The notes beneath the pieces are model-generated. The model was not told the DNA's origin and did no database searches. It worked only from the letters and a program-made list of their open reading frames with translations. This document shows positions 40,276 to 49,181 of a stretch of DNA of 64,000 nt, in pieces; position 1 is the stretch's first letter, and each line of letters starts with the position of its first letter. The translations under genes and the position numbers were made by a program. Source of the stretch: Pseudomonadota bacterium (GTDB taxonomy: Bacteria; Pseudomonadota; Alphaproteobacteria; Acetobacterales; Acetobacteraceae); the NCBI GenBank assembly GCA_021845985.1, contig JAJZES010000002.1, forward strand, positions 5,179-69,178. The letters are read 5' to 3'.

Positions 40276-41369
40276 TGGGGTTCAATTGCGGCATCGTCGG
40301 CCTGCCCAATGTCGGCAAGAGCACGCTGTTCAACGCGCTGACCGCGACCGCGGCGGCGCAGGCGGCAAATTATCCGTTCTGCACCATCGAGCCGAATGTC
40401 GGCCGCGTCGCCGTGCCCGATCCGCGGCTCGGCGTGCTGGCGCGCATCGGCAAGAGTGCCAAGATCATGCCGACCAGCCTGGAATTTGTCGATATTGCCG
40501 GGCTGGTGCGCGGCGCCAGCAAGGGTGAGGGGCTGGGCAACCAGTTCCTCGCCACCATCCGCGAGGTGGACGCCATCGTCCATGTCTTGCGCTGCTTCGA
40601 GGATGACGACATCACCCATGTCGAGGGCAGCATCGACCCGATCCGCGATGCCGAGACGGTGGAGACCGAGCTGATGCTCGCCGACCTCGAAAGCCTGGAG
40701 AAGCGGCTGCCCAATCTGCAGAAGCGCGGACGCGGCGGCGACAAGGAGAGTGCGGCGCAGGCGGCGCTGATCGAGCCGATCGTCGCGACGCTGGCCGAGG
40801 GGCGGCCGGCGCGCACCGCGATCCGGCCGCAGGACGCCGAGGCGGCGCGCAAGCTGCAACTGCTGACCGGCAAGCCGGTGCTCTATGTCTGCAATGTCGA
40901 GGAAGCCGCGGCGGCGACCGGCAATGCGCAGTCGGCGCGGGTGGCGGCGCGGGCGGCGGCCGAGGGTGCCGCCGTGGTGGTGGTGTCGGCGGCGATCGAG
41001 GCCGAGGTCAGCCAACTGGCCGAGGCCGAGCGCGGCGAGTTCCTGGAAGGTCTCGGGCTGCACGACAGCGGCCTGGACCGCGTCATCCGTGCCGGCTACG
41101 GGCTGCTCGGGCTGCTGACCTATTTCACCGTCGGGCCGAAGGAGACGCGCGCCTGGACGATCACCCAGGGCATGCGCGCGCCGCAGGCGGCCGGCGTCAT
41201 CCACGGCGATTTCGAGCGCGGCTTCATCGCCTGCGAGACCATCGCCTACGACGACTACGTCGCCGGCAACGGCGAGGCCGGCGCGCGCGAGGCCGGGCGG
41301 CTGCGCATCGAGGGACGCGACTACGTGGTGCGCGACGGCGACGTGCTGCTGTTCCGGTTCAACGTGTGA
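40275..41369 (+). CDS. ychF: redox-regulated ATPase YchF
   Basis: [23 protein letters not shown], 364 aa, C-terminal TGS-like RDGDVLLFRFNV. The start overlaps the pth stop (TAATG). Confidence 0.95.
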   Translation: MGFNCGIVGLPNVGKSTLFNALTATAAAQAANYPFCTIEPNVGRVAVPDPRLGVLARIGKSAKIMPTSLEFVDIAGLVRGASKGEGLGNQFLATIREVDAIVHVLRCFEDDDITHVEGSIDPIRDAETVETELMLADLESLEKRLPNLQKRGRGGDKESAAQAALIEPIVATLAEGRPARTAIRPQDAEAARKLQLLTGKPVLYVCNVEEAAAATGNAQSARVAARAAAEGAAVVVVSAAIEAEVSQLAEAERGEFLEGLGLHDSGLDRVIRAGYGLLGLLTYFTVGPKETRAWTITQGMRAPQAAGVIHGDFERGFIACETIAYDDYVAGNGEAGAREAGRLRIEGRDYVVRDGDVLLFRFNV

Positions 41370-41406
41370 GGGCCAATCCGGCGGCTGTTTTGCAAAGAAC
41401 GACGGC

Positions 41407-41908
41407 TCATTCGCCGATGTGAGGCTCCACTGCCGCGACAGCCTCGTCCGCGTTGAGGCGTGCGGTGTCGATGACCAGATGTGGTTCGTCCCCCGGGGTC
41501 ATACCGGCGTGCCAGCACGCCCTGCCAGTTCGGGGGGACGAGGCCGGGCAGGTCGGACGTCCGCCCCTCCAGCCTGCGGCGGTGCTCGGTCGGATCGGAG
41601 CAGACGAGTTCCACCTCGATCAGCCGGACGTTGCTGCGCGCGGCGATCGCCCGCCATGCCTGGCGGCTTTCCCCGACCGGGTTGACGCAATCGGCGACGA
41701 CCACCTGTCCGATCGCAAGATTGGACTCGGCGAGCGTGTTGGCCACCGCGTTGCCCGACGCACCCGCATCTCCGGCCAGGACCGCGGTATCGCGGATCGC
41801 CTGTTCGATGGCGTCGATCCGGAGATACGTCGCCGACCGGCGCTGCGCGAGCCTGCGGGCGATGGTGGTCTTGCCGGTGCCGGGCAGACCGCCGAACACG
41901 ATCAGCAT
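41407..41908 (-). pseudogene. P-loop kinase-like AAA ATPase, interrupted by a 1-nt frameshift (or a sequencing error)
   Basis: Walker A GGLPGTGKTT. After ..ARRYDP the family-like ending DEPHLVIDTARLNADEAVAAVEPHIGE* continues in another frame. The break lies in the C5G4 run at 41490-41498. The uncorrected ORF runs on into ychF. Confidence 0.6.
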
Positions 41909-42351
41909 GGCGCGCTCTGGTCGGGGCCCGTCCGGGGTCCGACCTGACCGAGCAGATCGAGCAGGGTCGGCCGGATCGCCTGCAGCTCCCGCAGATGGGC
42001 CACCGACAAGTCGTCCAGCAATGTCTCCGATCGGCCGGTCAGCGCCACCTGCACGCGCCGACTGTCGGCGGGGTCGGGCTGGCGCGCCACCAGCCCGAGC
42101 TCGGCCAGCCGATCGACCAGTTCCACGGCGCTGTGCGGCCGGATCAGAAGGTTTGCGGCAATCTCGCCGACGCTCAGCGTCGCCCGCCCCGGCGCACCCT
42201 TGATCGCCAGCAGCGCCTGATGCTGCTGCGGGGTCAGGTGTGCGGCCCGCGCCGCTTCGGCGCTGAACGCGGCGAAGCGGCGGAGCGCATGGCGGAACGC
42301 CGCCAGCGCCTCGAAATCCGCCTTGCTCAGCCCTGCGCTCATGGCAGGCAC
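41902..42351 (-). CDS. MarR family transcriptional regulator
   Basis: LTPQQHQALLAI..., wHTH LSVGEIAANLLIRPHSAVELVDRLAELGLV, DRRxV wing. Confidence 0.85.
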   Translation of the reverse strand: MPAMSAGLSKADFEALAAFRHALRRFAAFSAEAARAAHLTPQQHQALLAIKGAPGRATLSVGEIAANLLIRPHSAVELVDRLAELGLVARQPDPADSRRVQVALTGRSETLLDDLSVAHLRELQAIRPTLLDLLGQVGPRTGPDQSAPC

Positions 42352-42370
42352 CCGGCAGCGGTGCTGCCGT

Positions 42371-42389
42371 TATATCGTGTCACGATATA
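42371..42389. promoter_or_regulatory. perfect 19-bp palindrome TATATCGTG-T-CACGATATA in the marR / ClC divergent intergenic region
   Basis: Read directly. AT-rich in a GC-rich genome. Lies 20 nt from the marR ATG and 13 nt from the ClC ATG. Geometry typical of a MarR operator. Confidence 0.5.
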
Positions 42390-42401
42390 TATGTCCGCGC
42401 C

Positions 42402-44174
42402 ATGCCGCACCCCGTTTCCCGGACGCCCCTACAGGGCGATTTCACCACGGACCCGCGCGTCCTGCTGCTCGCGCTGATGGCGGCGGCGATCGGCGTTGCC
42501 GCCGTCGCCACCGCCTGGGCGCTGCTCGGGCTGATCGCGCTCTGCACCAACATCGCATATGGTGGCCAGTTCTCATTCGCCGCCGCCACGCCCGACCCGC
42601 GCCTGCTCGGCTGGCTGTCTGTGGGCGTGCCGGTGGTCGGCGCACTGATCATCGGGATGATGGCGCGCTTCGGCTCGGAAAAAATCCGCGGCCACGGCAT
42701 TCCCGAGGCGATGGAGGCCATCCTCATCGGGCAGAGCCGTATCTCGCCCAGGGTCGCGATCCTCAAGCCGCTGTCCTCCGCCGTGTCGATCGGCACCGGC
42801 GGCCCGTTTGGCGCCGAGGGACCGATCATCATGACCGGGGGCGCCATCGGCTCCTTGTTCGCGCAGTGCTTCCACATGAGTTCGGCCGAGCGCAAGACGC
42901 TGCTGGTGGCGGGTGCGGCGGCGGGCATGACGGCGATCTTCGCCACCCCGATCGCCGCCGTGCTGCTGGCGGTCGAGCTGCTGCTGTTCGAATGGAAGCC
43001 GCGCAGCTTCATCCCTGTGCTCGCCGCCTGCCTTGCCGCGTCGGTCGCGCGTGGCTGGCTGCTGCCGCTCGGGCCGCTGTTCGCCCATGCCGGGGCGCTG
43101 CCGCTGACACCTGCCATGCTGCTGGCGGCCTGCGCGCTCGGCCTCGTCTGCGGGCTTGGGTCGGGCGTACTGACGGCGATGGTTTATGCGGCGGAGGATG
43201 CGTTCGGCGTCCTGCCGATCCACTGGATGTGGTGGCCGGCCATCGGCGGCGTCGCGGTGGGTCTCGGCGGCATGATCGAACCACGGGCACTCGGGGTCGG
43301 CTATGACAGCATCCGCGACCTGCTGGGCGGCGCGGTTCCGCTGCAGGCGGTGCTGCTGCTGCTGGTGGTCAAGGCGGTGATCTGGGCAGTGGCGCTTGGC
43401 TCCGGCACCTCGGGCGGCGTGCTGGCGCCGCTGCTGATCATGGGCGGCGCGGTCGGCGCCGTGGCGTCCGGCGTGCTGCCACATGCCGGCGTCGGCGATT
43501 GGGCGCTGATCGGCATGGCGGCGATGATGGGCGGCACCATGCGCGCGCCGCTGACGGCGACGATGTTCGCGGTCGAGCTGACCGGCGGCTCGGGCCTGCT
43601 GCTGCCGCTGTTGGCGGCCTGCGGCACCAGCTACGCGGTCACGGTGCTGCTGCTCCGCCGCTCGATCCTGACCGAGAAGGTGGCGCGGCGCGGCCACCAC
43701 ATCACCCGCGAATACCAGGTCGATCCGTTCGCGCTGGCGCGGGTCGCCGACGTGATGGTGGCGCGGGTCGATACGCTGCCCGCCGCGATGCGGGTCGCCG
43801 AGGCCGTCGCGTTCTTCGCCGAGGGCACGCCGCGCCACAAAAGCTATCCGGTGGTCGATGGCGCCGGCCGGCCGGTGGCGATGATCGCGCGCGCCGACGT
43901 GCTGCACTTCATGCAGCATGCGACCGAGGGCACGCTCGCGGCGGTGCTGGGCGGCCGGCCGCTGGTGACGGCGGACCCGGAGGAGCCGGTGGCGGCGCTG
44001 GTCGCGCGGATGGTGCGCGAGGCGGCCGGGCGCGTGCCGGTGGTCGGCGCGGACGGCAGGGTGGTCGGCATTGTCGCGCGGAAAGACCTGCTCGCCGTGC
44101 GCGCCCGCAATCTGGCCGAGGAGCATGAGCGGCAGGCCTGGTTCGGCTGGCGCACCGCGCCGCAACGCTCATGA
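42402..44174 (+). CDS. ClC-family chloride channel/antiporter with C-terminal CBS pair
   Basis: GSEKIRGHGIPE, GTGGPFGAEGP, GGTMRAPLTA. Two CBS-like segments after residue ~450. Confidence 0.9.
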   Translation: MPHPVSRTPLQGDFTTDPRVLLLALMAAAIGVAAVATAWALLGLIALCTNIAYGGQFSFAAATPDPRLLGWLSVGVPVVGALIIGMMARFGSEKIRGHGIPEAMEAILIGQSRISPRVAILKPLSSAVSIGTGGPFGAEGPIIMTGGAIGSLFAQCFHMSSAERKTLLVAGAAAGMTAIFATPIAAVLLAVELLLFEWKPRSFIPVLAACLAASVARGWLLPLGPLFAHAGALPLTPAMLLAACALGLVCGLGSGVLTAMVYAAEDAFGVLPIHWMWWPAIGGVAVGLGGMIEPRALGVGYDSIRDLLGGAVPLQAVLLLLVVKAVIWAVALGSGTSGGVLAPLLIMGGAVGAVASGVLPHAGVGDWALIGMAAMMGGTMRAPLTATMFAVELTGGSGLLLPLLAACGTSYAVTVLLLRRSILTEKVARRGHHITREYQVDPFALARVADVMVARVDTLPAAMRVAEAVAFFAEGTPRHKSYPVVDGAGRPVAMIARADVLHFMQHATEGTLAAVLGGRPLVTADPEEPVAALVARMVREAAGRVPVVGADGRVVGIVARKDLLAVRARNLAEEHERQAWFGWRTAPQRS

Positions 44175-44281
44175 CAGACGCCGTCTGACGTGCGATCTTG
44201 CGGCGTTCGAGGGAGCGCATTGCATGCGGACCAGCCGCGTCCTGGATCATGCCGGCAACCAGATGAAGCGGGCGTAGCAAG

Positions 44282-45901
44282 ATGCCGCGGCGCTGGCGGT
44301 GGCTGGTCCTGGCGCTCGTTGCCGTCGCAGTCATCGCAGCCGCCGGGGCGGCCCTGCCCGGCCTGTACAGCGCCCGCCCGGTGCCGCCCGCGGTCGAGGT
44401 CGCGGTGGCGACTTGGCTGCTGCGCCACAGCGTGCCGGCGGCGCTGGCCGGACGCAGCGACCCGCTGCCGGCGGACGCGGGCACCATCGCCGCCGGCGCG
44501 GCGCTGTTTCAGCGCCACTGCGCCACCTGCCACGCCTATGACGGCGGCGGCGGCACGCAGATCGGCAGCCACACCTATCCGCGCGTGCCGAACCTGCGCG
44601 ACGGCGCGCTGGCGGGGCTGCGCGACGGGCAGATTTTCGCCTTCATCCGCGACGGCATCCGCAACACCGCGATGCCGGCCTGGGACCTGCCGGAACGCCA
44701 GATCTGGCAACTGGTGCAGTTCATCCGCCATCCGCCCGCGGTGGCGGCGCTGGCCCCGCAGCCGGTCGGCAGTGTCGCCGGGGCGCATTATGTCGGCTCC
44801 GCTTCCTGCGCCGCCTGCCATCGCGAGACCTTTGAACGCTGGCAGAAATCCCGCATGGCCAATGTCGTGCGCGACCCGCGCGCGCACCCCGAGGCGATCA
44901 TCCCCGACCTGAGCATCCCCGACAAACTGCTCACCTTCACCCGCGACGACATCGCCTTCGTCTATGGCAGCCGCTGGAAGCAGCGGTATTTCAAAAAATC
45001 CGGCAACACCTACGTCCCGCTGCCGGCGCAATGGGACATCACCCACCACGTCTGGACACCGTATTTCGTGCCGGACAGCGCCGATTGGTGGGCGCGGCTC
45101 TATCCGCCCGACAATGCACAGCGCCCGACCGGGCCGCTCTGCGACGGCTGCCACTCGGTCAACTTCGACATCGCCAACGGCAGCGTCACCGAATGGAATG
45201 TCGGCTGCGAACGCTGCCACGGCGCCGGCAGCGCCCATGTCGCCGCGCCGGGCCGCGCCAACATCATCAATCCGGCAAGGCTCGACTATGTCGCCGCCAA
45301 CGACACCTGCATCCAGTGCCATTCGCAAGGGCGACCGCCCGGCAACCCGATCGGCGGCCGCTATTACGACTGGCCGGTGGGCTTTCACATGGGCGACCGT
45401 CTGGCGGATTTCTGGACGCTGGAGGAGCACCGGCTGGGCACCACGACCTTCACCCATTTTGCCGACGGCACCGCGCACAAGAACCGCATGCAGGGCAACG
45501 ACTACGTGCAGAGCCTGATGTACACCCGCGGCGTCACCTGTTTCAGTTGCCACGATCCGCACGGCAGCGACCGCGTCGCCAGCCTGCGCGCCAGCGGCAA
45601 CGGCCTGTGCCTGACCTGCCACGGCGCCGGCACGCAGAACGGGCCGCACGCGCCGAGCCTCGCCGCCCATACCCACCACGCCCCGGACAGTCCCGGCAGC
45701 GCCTGCGCCGCCTGCCACATGCCGGCGATCGAGCAGACCATCGGCGATGTCAACGTGCATGCCCACACGTTCCGCTTCATCACCCCCGCCTCGGGCATGC
45801 CGAACGGCTGCACCCTGTGCCACACCGACAAGGATGCCGCCTGGGCGACGGCGGCGTTGCGCGGCTGGGCCGATCGCTCGCCGTGGCGCGTCGGGCAGTG
45901 A
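44282..45901 (+). CDS. membrane-anchored multiheme c-type cytochrome (1 class-I-like heme domain + 8 further CXXCH)
   Basis: N-terminal TM segment. Heme motifs CATCH..NTAMPAW, then CAACH, CDGCH, CERCH, CIQCH, CFSCH, CLTCH, CAACH, CTLCH. Confidence 0.85.
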   Translation: MPRRWRWLVLALVAVAVIAAAGAALPGLYSARPVPPAVEVAVATWLLRHSVPAALAGRSDPLPADAGTIAAGAALFQRHCATCHAYDGGGGTQIGSHTYPRVPNLRDGALAGLRDGQIFAFIRDGIRNTAMPAWDLPERQIWQLVQFIRHPPAVAALAPQPVGSVAGAHYVGSASCAACHRETFERWQKSRMANVVRDPRAHPEAIIPDLSIPDKLLTFTRDDIAFVYGSRWKQRYFKKSGNTYVPLPAQWDITHHVWTPYFVPDSADWWARLYPPDNAQRPTGPLCDGCHSVNFDIANGSVTEWNVGCERCHGAGSAHVAAPGRANIINPARLDYVAANDTCIQCHSQGRPPGNPIGGRYYDWPVGFHMGDRLADFWTLEEHRLGTTTFTHFADGTAHKNRMQGNDYVQSLMYTRGVTCFSCHDPHGSDRVASLRASGNGLCLTCHGAGTQNGPHAPSLAAHTHHAPDSPGSACAACHMPAIEQTIGDVNVHAHTFRFITPASGMPNGCTLCHTDKDAAWATAALRGWADRSPWRVGQ

Positions 45902-45916
45902 CGCCGGCGCCGCGGC

Positions 45917-47422
45917 TCAATCCCCCTCCATCGCCCCGTGCTGCAGATCGAGATCGGCGAAGCGGGTGAACTCGCCCTCGAAAAACAGGTCGATCTTGCC
46001 GGTCGGCCCGTGGCGCTGCTTCTCGATCAGCAGTTCGGCGCGGTTGTGCACCGTCTCCATGTCGCGCTGCCACTTTTCCACCGCGCCGTGGAACTTGTCG
46101 TCGTTGTCGAAGCCCATCTGCTTGGGGGCGCGCTGCTGGAGGTAGTATTCGTCGCGATAGACGAACATCACCACGTCGGCATCCTGCTCGATCGATCCCG
46201 ATTCGCGCAGATCGGAAAGCTGCGGGCGCTTGTCCTCGCGGCTTTCGACGGCGCGCGACAATTGCGACAGCGCCAGCACCGGCACCGCCAGCTCCTTGGC
46301 GATGGCCTTCAGCCCTTGCGTGATCTGGCTGATCTCCAGCACCCGGTTTTCCGGCTTCGACCCGGCCGAGGGGCGCATCAGCTGCAGGTAATCGACGACG
46401 ATCAGCGCCAGCCCGTTGGTGCGCTTGAGCCGCCGGCAGCGGGTGCGCAGCGCCGACAGGGTGATCGCCGGCGTATCGTCGATATAGAGCGGCAGGCCGG
46501 CAAGCTCGCGGCTGACCTGGACGAAGCGGTCGAACTCCTTCTGGCCGATGTCGCCGCGGCGGATGCGATCGCCGGAAATGCGCGCCTCCTCGGCCAACAG
46601 GCGGGTGGCCAGTTGCTCGGCGCTCATTTCCAGCGAGAAGATCGCCACCGAGGATTTCGCCACCGCGTTCGGATCGGCCAGCCGCGCCTCGGCCAGCAGC
46701 GAGCGGGCGGCACCAAAGGCGATCTTGGTGGCCAGCGCCGTCTTGCCCATGCCCGGCCGGCCGGCCAGGATCAGCAGGTCGGAGGGATGCAGCCCGCCGG
46801 TCTTCTTGTCGAGGTCGCGCAAGCCGGTGGACAGGCCGGAGACATGGCCGGCGCGGTGGAAGGCGCGCTCGGCGGCGTCGATGGCATGGGTCAGCGCCCG
46901 CTCGAACGACAGCATGCTGCGCTCGCTGCCGCCGCGGCTGGCGAGGTCGAACAGCGATTGCTCCGCCGCCTCGACCTGGCCGGCGCCGTCCAGCTCGGGT
47001 TCGCCGCCGAAGGCGTTGTTGACCACCGTTTCGCCGATGTCGATGAGCTGGCGGCGCAGCCAAGCGTCATGGATGGCGCGGCCGTATTCGCCGGCATTGA
47101 TGATGCCGACCATCGCCGAGAGCAGTTGCGCCAGATAGGCGGTGCCGCCGACCTCGTCGAGAATGCCGGAATGCTCGAACTCGCCGCGCAGCGTCACCGC
47201 GTCGGCAAGCTGGCCGGCGTCGCAGCGGCGGGCGATGGCGGCGAAGATGCGGCCGTGTATCGGATCGACGAAATGCTCGGCGACCAGGAACTCGCTGACC
47301 CGCTCATAGGCCTTGTTGTTGGCGAGCAGGGCGCCGAGCAGCGCCTGTTCGGCCTGCTGGTTCTGCGGCGGCAGCCGCTGCGACAGGCCGAGCAGCGGTG
47401 GTGCGGGATCAATCTGGTTCAT
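45917..47422 (-). CDS. dnaB: replicative DNA helicase
   Basis: PPQNQQAEQALLGALL, GRPGMGKTALA (Walker A), VVDYLQLM, SQLSRAVE, QDADVV. Confidence 0.95.
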   Translation of the reverse strand: MNQIDPAPPLLGLSQRLPPQNQQAEQALLGALLANNKAYERVSEFLVAEHFVDPIHGRIFAAIARRCDAGQLADAVTLRGEFEHSGILDEVGGTAYLAQLLSAMVGIINAGEYGRAIHDAWLRRQLIDIGETVVNNAFGGEPELDGAGQVEAAEQSLFDLASRGGSERSMLSFERALTHAIDAAERAFHRAGHVSGLSTGLRDLDKKTGGLHPSDLLILAGRPGMGKTALATKIAFGAARSLLAEARLADPNAVAKSSVAIFSLEMSAEQLATRLLAEEARISGDRIRRGDIGQKEFDRFVQVSRELAGLPLYIDDTPAITLSALRTRCRRLKRTNGLALIVVDYLQLMRPSAGSKPENRVLEISQITQGLKAIAKELAVPVLALSQLSRAVESREDKRPQLSDLRESGSIEQDADVVMFVYRDEYYLQQRAPKQMGFDNDDKFHGAVEKWQRDMETVHNRAELLIEKQRHGPTGKIDLFFEGEFTRFADLDLQHGAMEGD

Positions 47423-47488
47423 GCCGCGGCAGCATAGCGCCGCCGCGCCGCGCCGCCCCTGTGGATGACTGTGAATAGCGGGGACAAC

Positions 47489-48844
47489 TCACATCACCAG
47501 TGTCGTGACCGCCCAGAACGCGACGAAAACGCCACACAGGCCCCACACCACCGCGCTGATCTCGCGCCCGCGCCCGGCGGCGAGGCTGACCAGCACGAAG
47601 CTGAACGTGCCGAGCGCCATGCCGTTGATCAGATTGCCGGTCAGCACCGTCACCAGCAGCGTCAGCACGATCGGCACGGCGTTGGCGAAATCGGCGAAAT
47701 CGATGCGCGCCAGCCCTTGCATCATCAGGATGCCGACCAGCACCAGCGCCGGCGCCGTCGCCTGCGGCGGCACGATGACGAACACCGGCCACAGGAACAG
47801 CGACAACGCGAACAGCACGGCAACGGTCAGCGCCGTCAGCCCGGTGCGTCCGCCGGCCTGCACCCCGGTCACGCTCTCGATATAGGCGGTGACGACGGAG
47901 GTGCCGAACACCGGCCCGACGATGGAGGACAGCGCATCGGTGGCGAAGACCGCGGTGGCATTGGGGATCGACCCGTCCGGCGCGCGCAGCCCGGCGGCGC
48001 CGGTGACGCCGATGACGGTGCCGAGGGTGCTGAAGAACTCGGCACAGACGAAATAGAACAGGATCGGCAGCGCCACCAGGATATGCCCCGCCAGCCAGCC
48101 GAAATCGAGCTGGCCGAAGGTGCCGGAGGGCCAGCGCGGCAGGGCGATGATGGCCGCCGGCATGCGGGTGACCATCTGCCCGTTGGCGCCGGGCACGAAC
48201 AGCCCGATGACGGTGAGCACGACGATGGACAGAATCAGCGCGCCGGGGATGCGGCGCACCACCAGCACCGGGGTCAGCAGCAGGCCGAACAGCGTCAGCA
48301 GCACCGAGGGTTTCGCCAGCGATCCCATGGCGACCAGGGTGTTCGGATTGGCGACGACGAAGCCGGCGCCGCGCAGGCCGATGAACACGATCAGCGTGCC
48401 GACGCCGGCCTGAATGCCGATCTTCAACACCTCAGGCACGTCGCGCGCCACTTTCTCGCGCAGCCGCGACAGGCTGAGCACCAGGAAGATGATGCCGGTG
48501 ACGGCGACCATCGCCAGCGCGCCCTGCCACGGCACGCCCATCTGCTTGACCACAACGAAGGTCAGCACGACGTTCGAGCCCATCGCCGGGGCGACGGCGA
48601 GCGGCAGGTTGGCCCACAGCGCCATCAGCACGCTGCCGAAAATGGCGGCGATGGCGGTGGCGATGACCAGATCGCCGCGGTCCATGCCGGTGCCGGACAT
48701 GATCGCCGGGTTGACCGCGATGATGTAGGCCATCGCCGCAAAAGTGGTGGCGCCGGCGATGATTTCCTGGCGCAGCGAGGAATTGCGCGCGCGCAGCTTG
48801 AACATCCGCTCTGCCGGCGGCGTTGGTGGCATCATGTCCGGCAT
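47489..48844 (-). CDS. NCS2-family purine permease (AzgA-like adenine/guanine/hypoxanthine)
   Basis: FKLRARNSSLRQEIIAGATTFAAMAYIIAVNPAIM. Start uncertain (48844 or 48805). Confidence 0.85.
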   Translation of the reverse strand: MPDMMPPTPPAERMFKLRARNSSLRQEIIAGATTFAAMAYIIAVNPAIMSGTGMDRGDLVIATAIAAIFGSVLMALWANLPLAVAPAMGSNVVLTFVVVKQMGVPWQGALAMVAVTGIIFLVLSLSRLREKVARDVPEVLKIGIQAGVGTLIVFIGLRGAGFVVANPNTLVAMGSLAKPSVLLTLFGLLLTPVLVVRRIPGALILSIVVLTVIGLFVPGANGQMVTRMPAAIIALPRWPSGTFGQLDFGWLAGHILVALPILFYFVCAEFFSTLGTVIGVTGAAGLRAPDGSIPNATAVFATDALSSIVGPVFGTSVVTAYIESVTGVQAGGRTGLTALTVAVLFALSLFLWPVFVIVPPQATAPALVLVGILMMQGLARIDFADFANAVPIVLTLLVTVLTGNLINGMALGTFSFVLVSLAAGRGREISAVVWGLCGVFVAFWAVTTLVM

Positions 48845-48970
48845 GGCGTGTCCTGCGTCTGCGGTGCTGCGGGAAGGCGTGGCCCGGCGGCGGAGGCTGC
48901 GGCCAGCCCGACTCTGATCTCGCCACTGCGCCGATACATCGCCAAAGGCGTCGCTGGCGAAAGCCATTTT

Positions 48971-49103
48971 CTTCCCCCCTCCGCTTGCGGGAGGGGTCGG
49001 GGGAGGGGTGATGCGGCGACGGGCGCACGACCCGGACGCGACCAATTCAGGCGGAATTTTCTGCTGCCCAGGCACCCCCGCCCCTCCCGCAAGCGGAGGG
49101 AAG
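48971..49103. repeat. second copy of the GC-rich inverted-repeat element (arms ~35 bp, ~60-bp spacer)
   Basis: The left arm CTTCCCCCCTCCGCTTGCGGGAGGGGTCGGGGGAGGGGTG and right arm CACCCCCGCCCCTCCCGCAAGCGGAGGGAAG are near reverse complements. The arms resemble the 35306-35415 element. Confidence 0.7.
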
Positions 49104-49181
49104 ACGCAAGCGCCGCAGCCAAATGTGTAAACGCCGCGCCCTCACCCGGACGCGGACGAACAAATCTGCGACGCCCGGCGA

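Noticed and set aside
42352-42401. Fluoride riboswitch upstream of the ClC gene
   Set aside because: The whole intergenic region is 50 bp and is mostly occupied by the 19-bp palindrome. The ClC protein is a long CBS-domain type rather than the short ClC-F type, and no riboswitch-like conserved strings were seen.
47460-47468. DnaA-box-like TGTGGATGA upstream of dnaB (and TTATCCATA at 11675-11683)
   Set aside because: These are single 9-mers, each with one mismatch to TTATCCACA. Matches of that quality are expected by chance several times in 64 kb on both strands. There is no clustering as at an origin.
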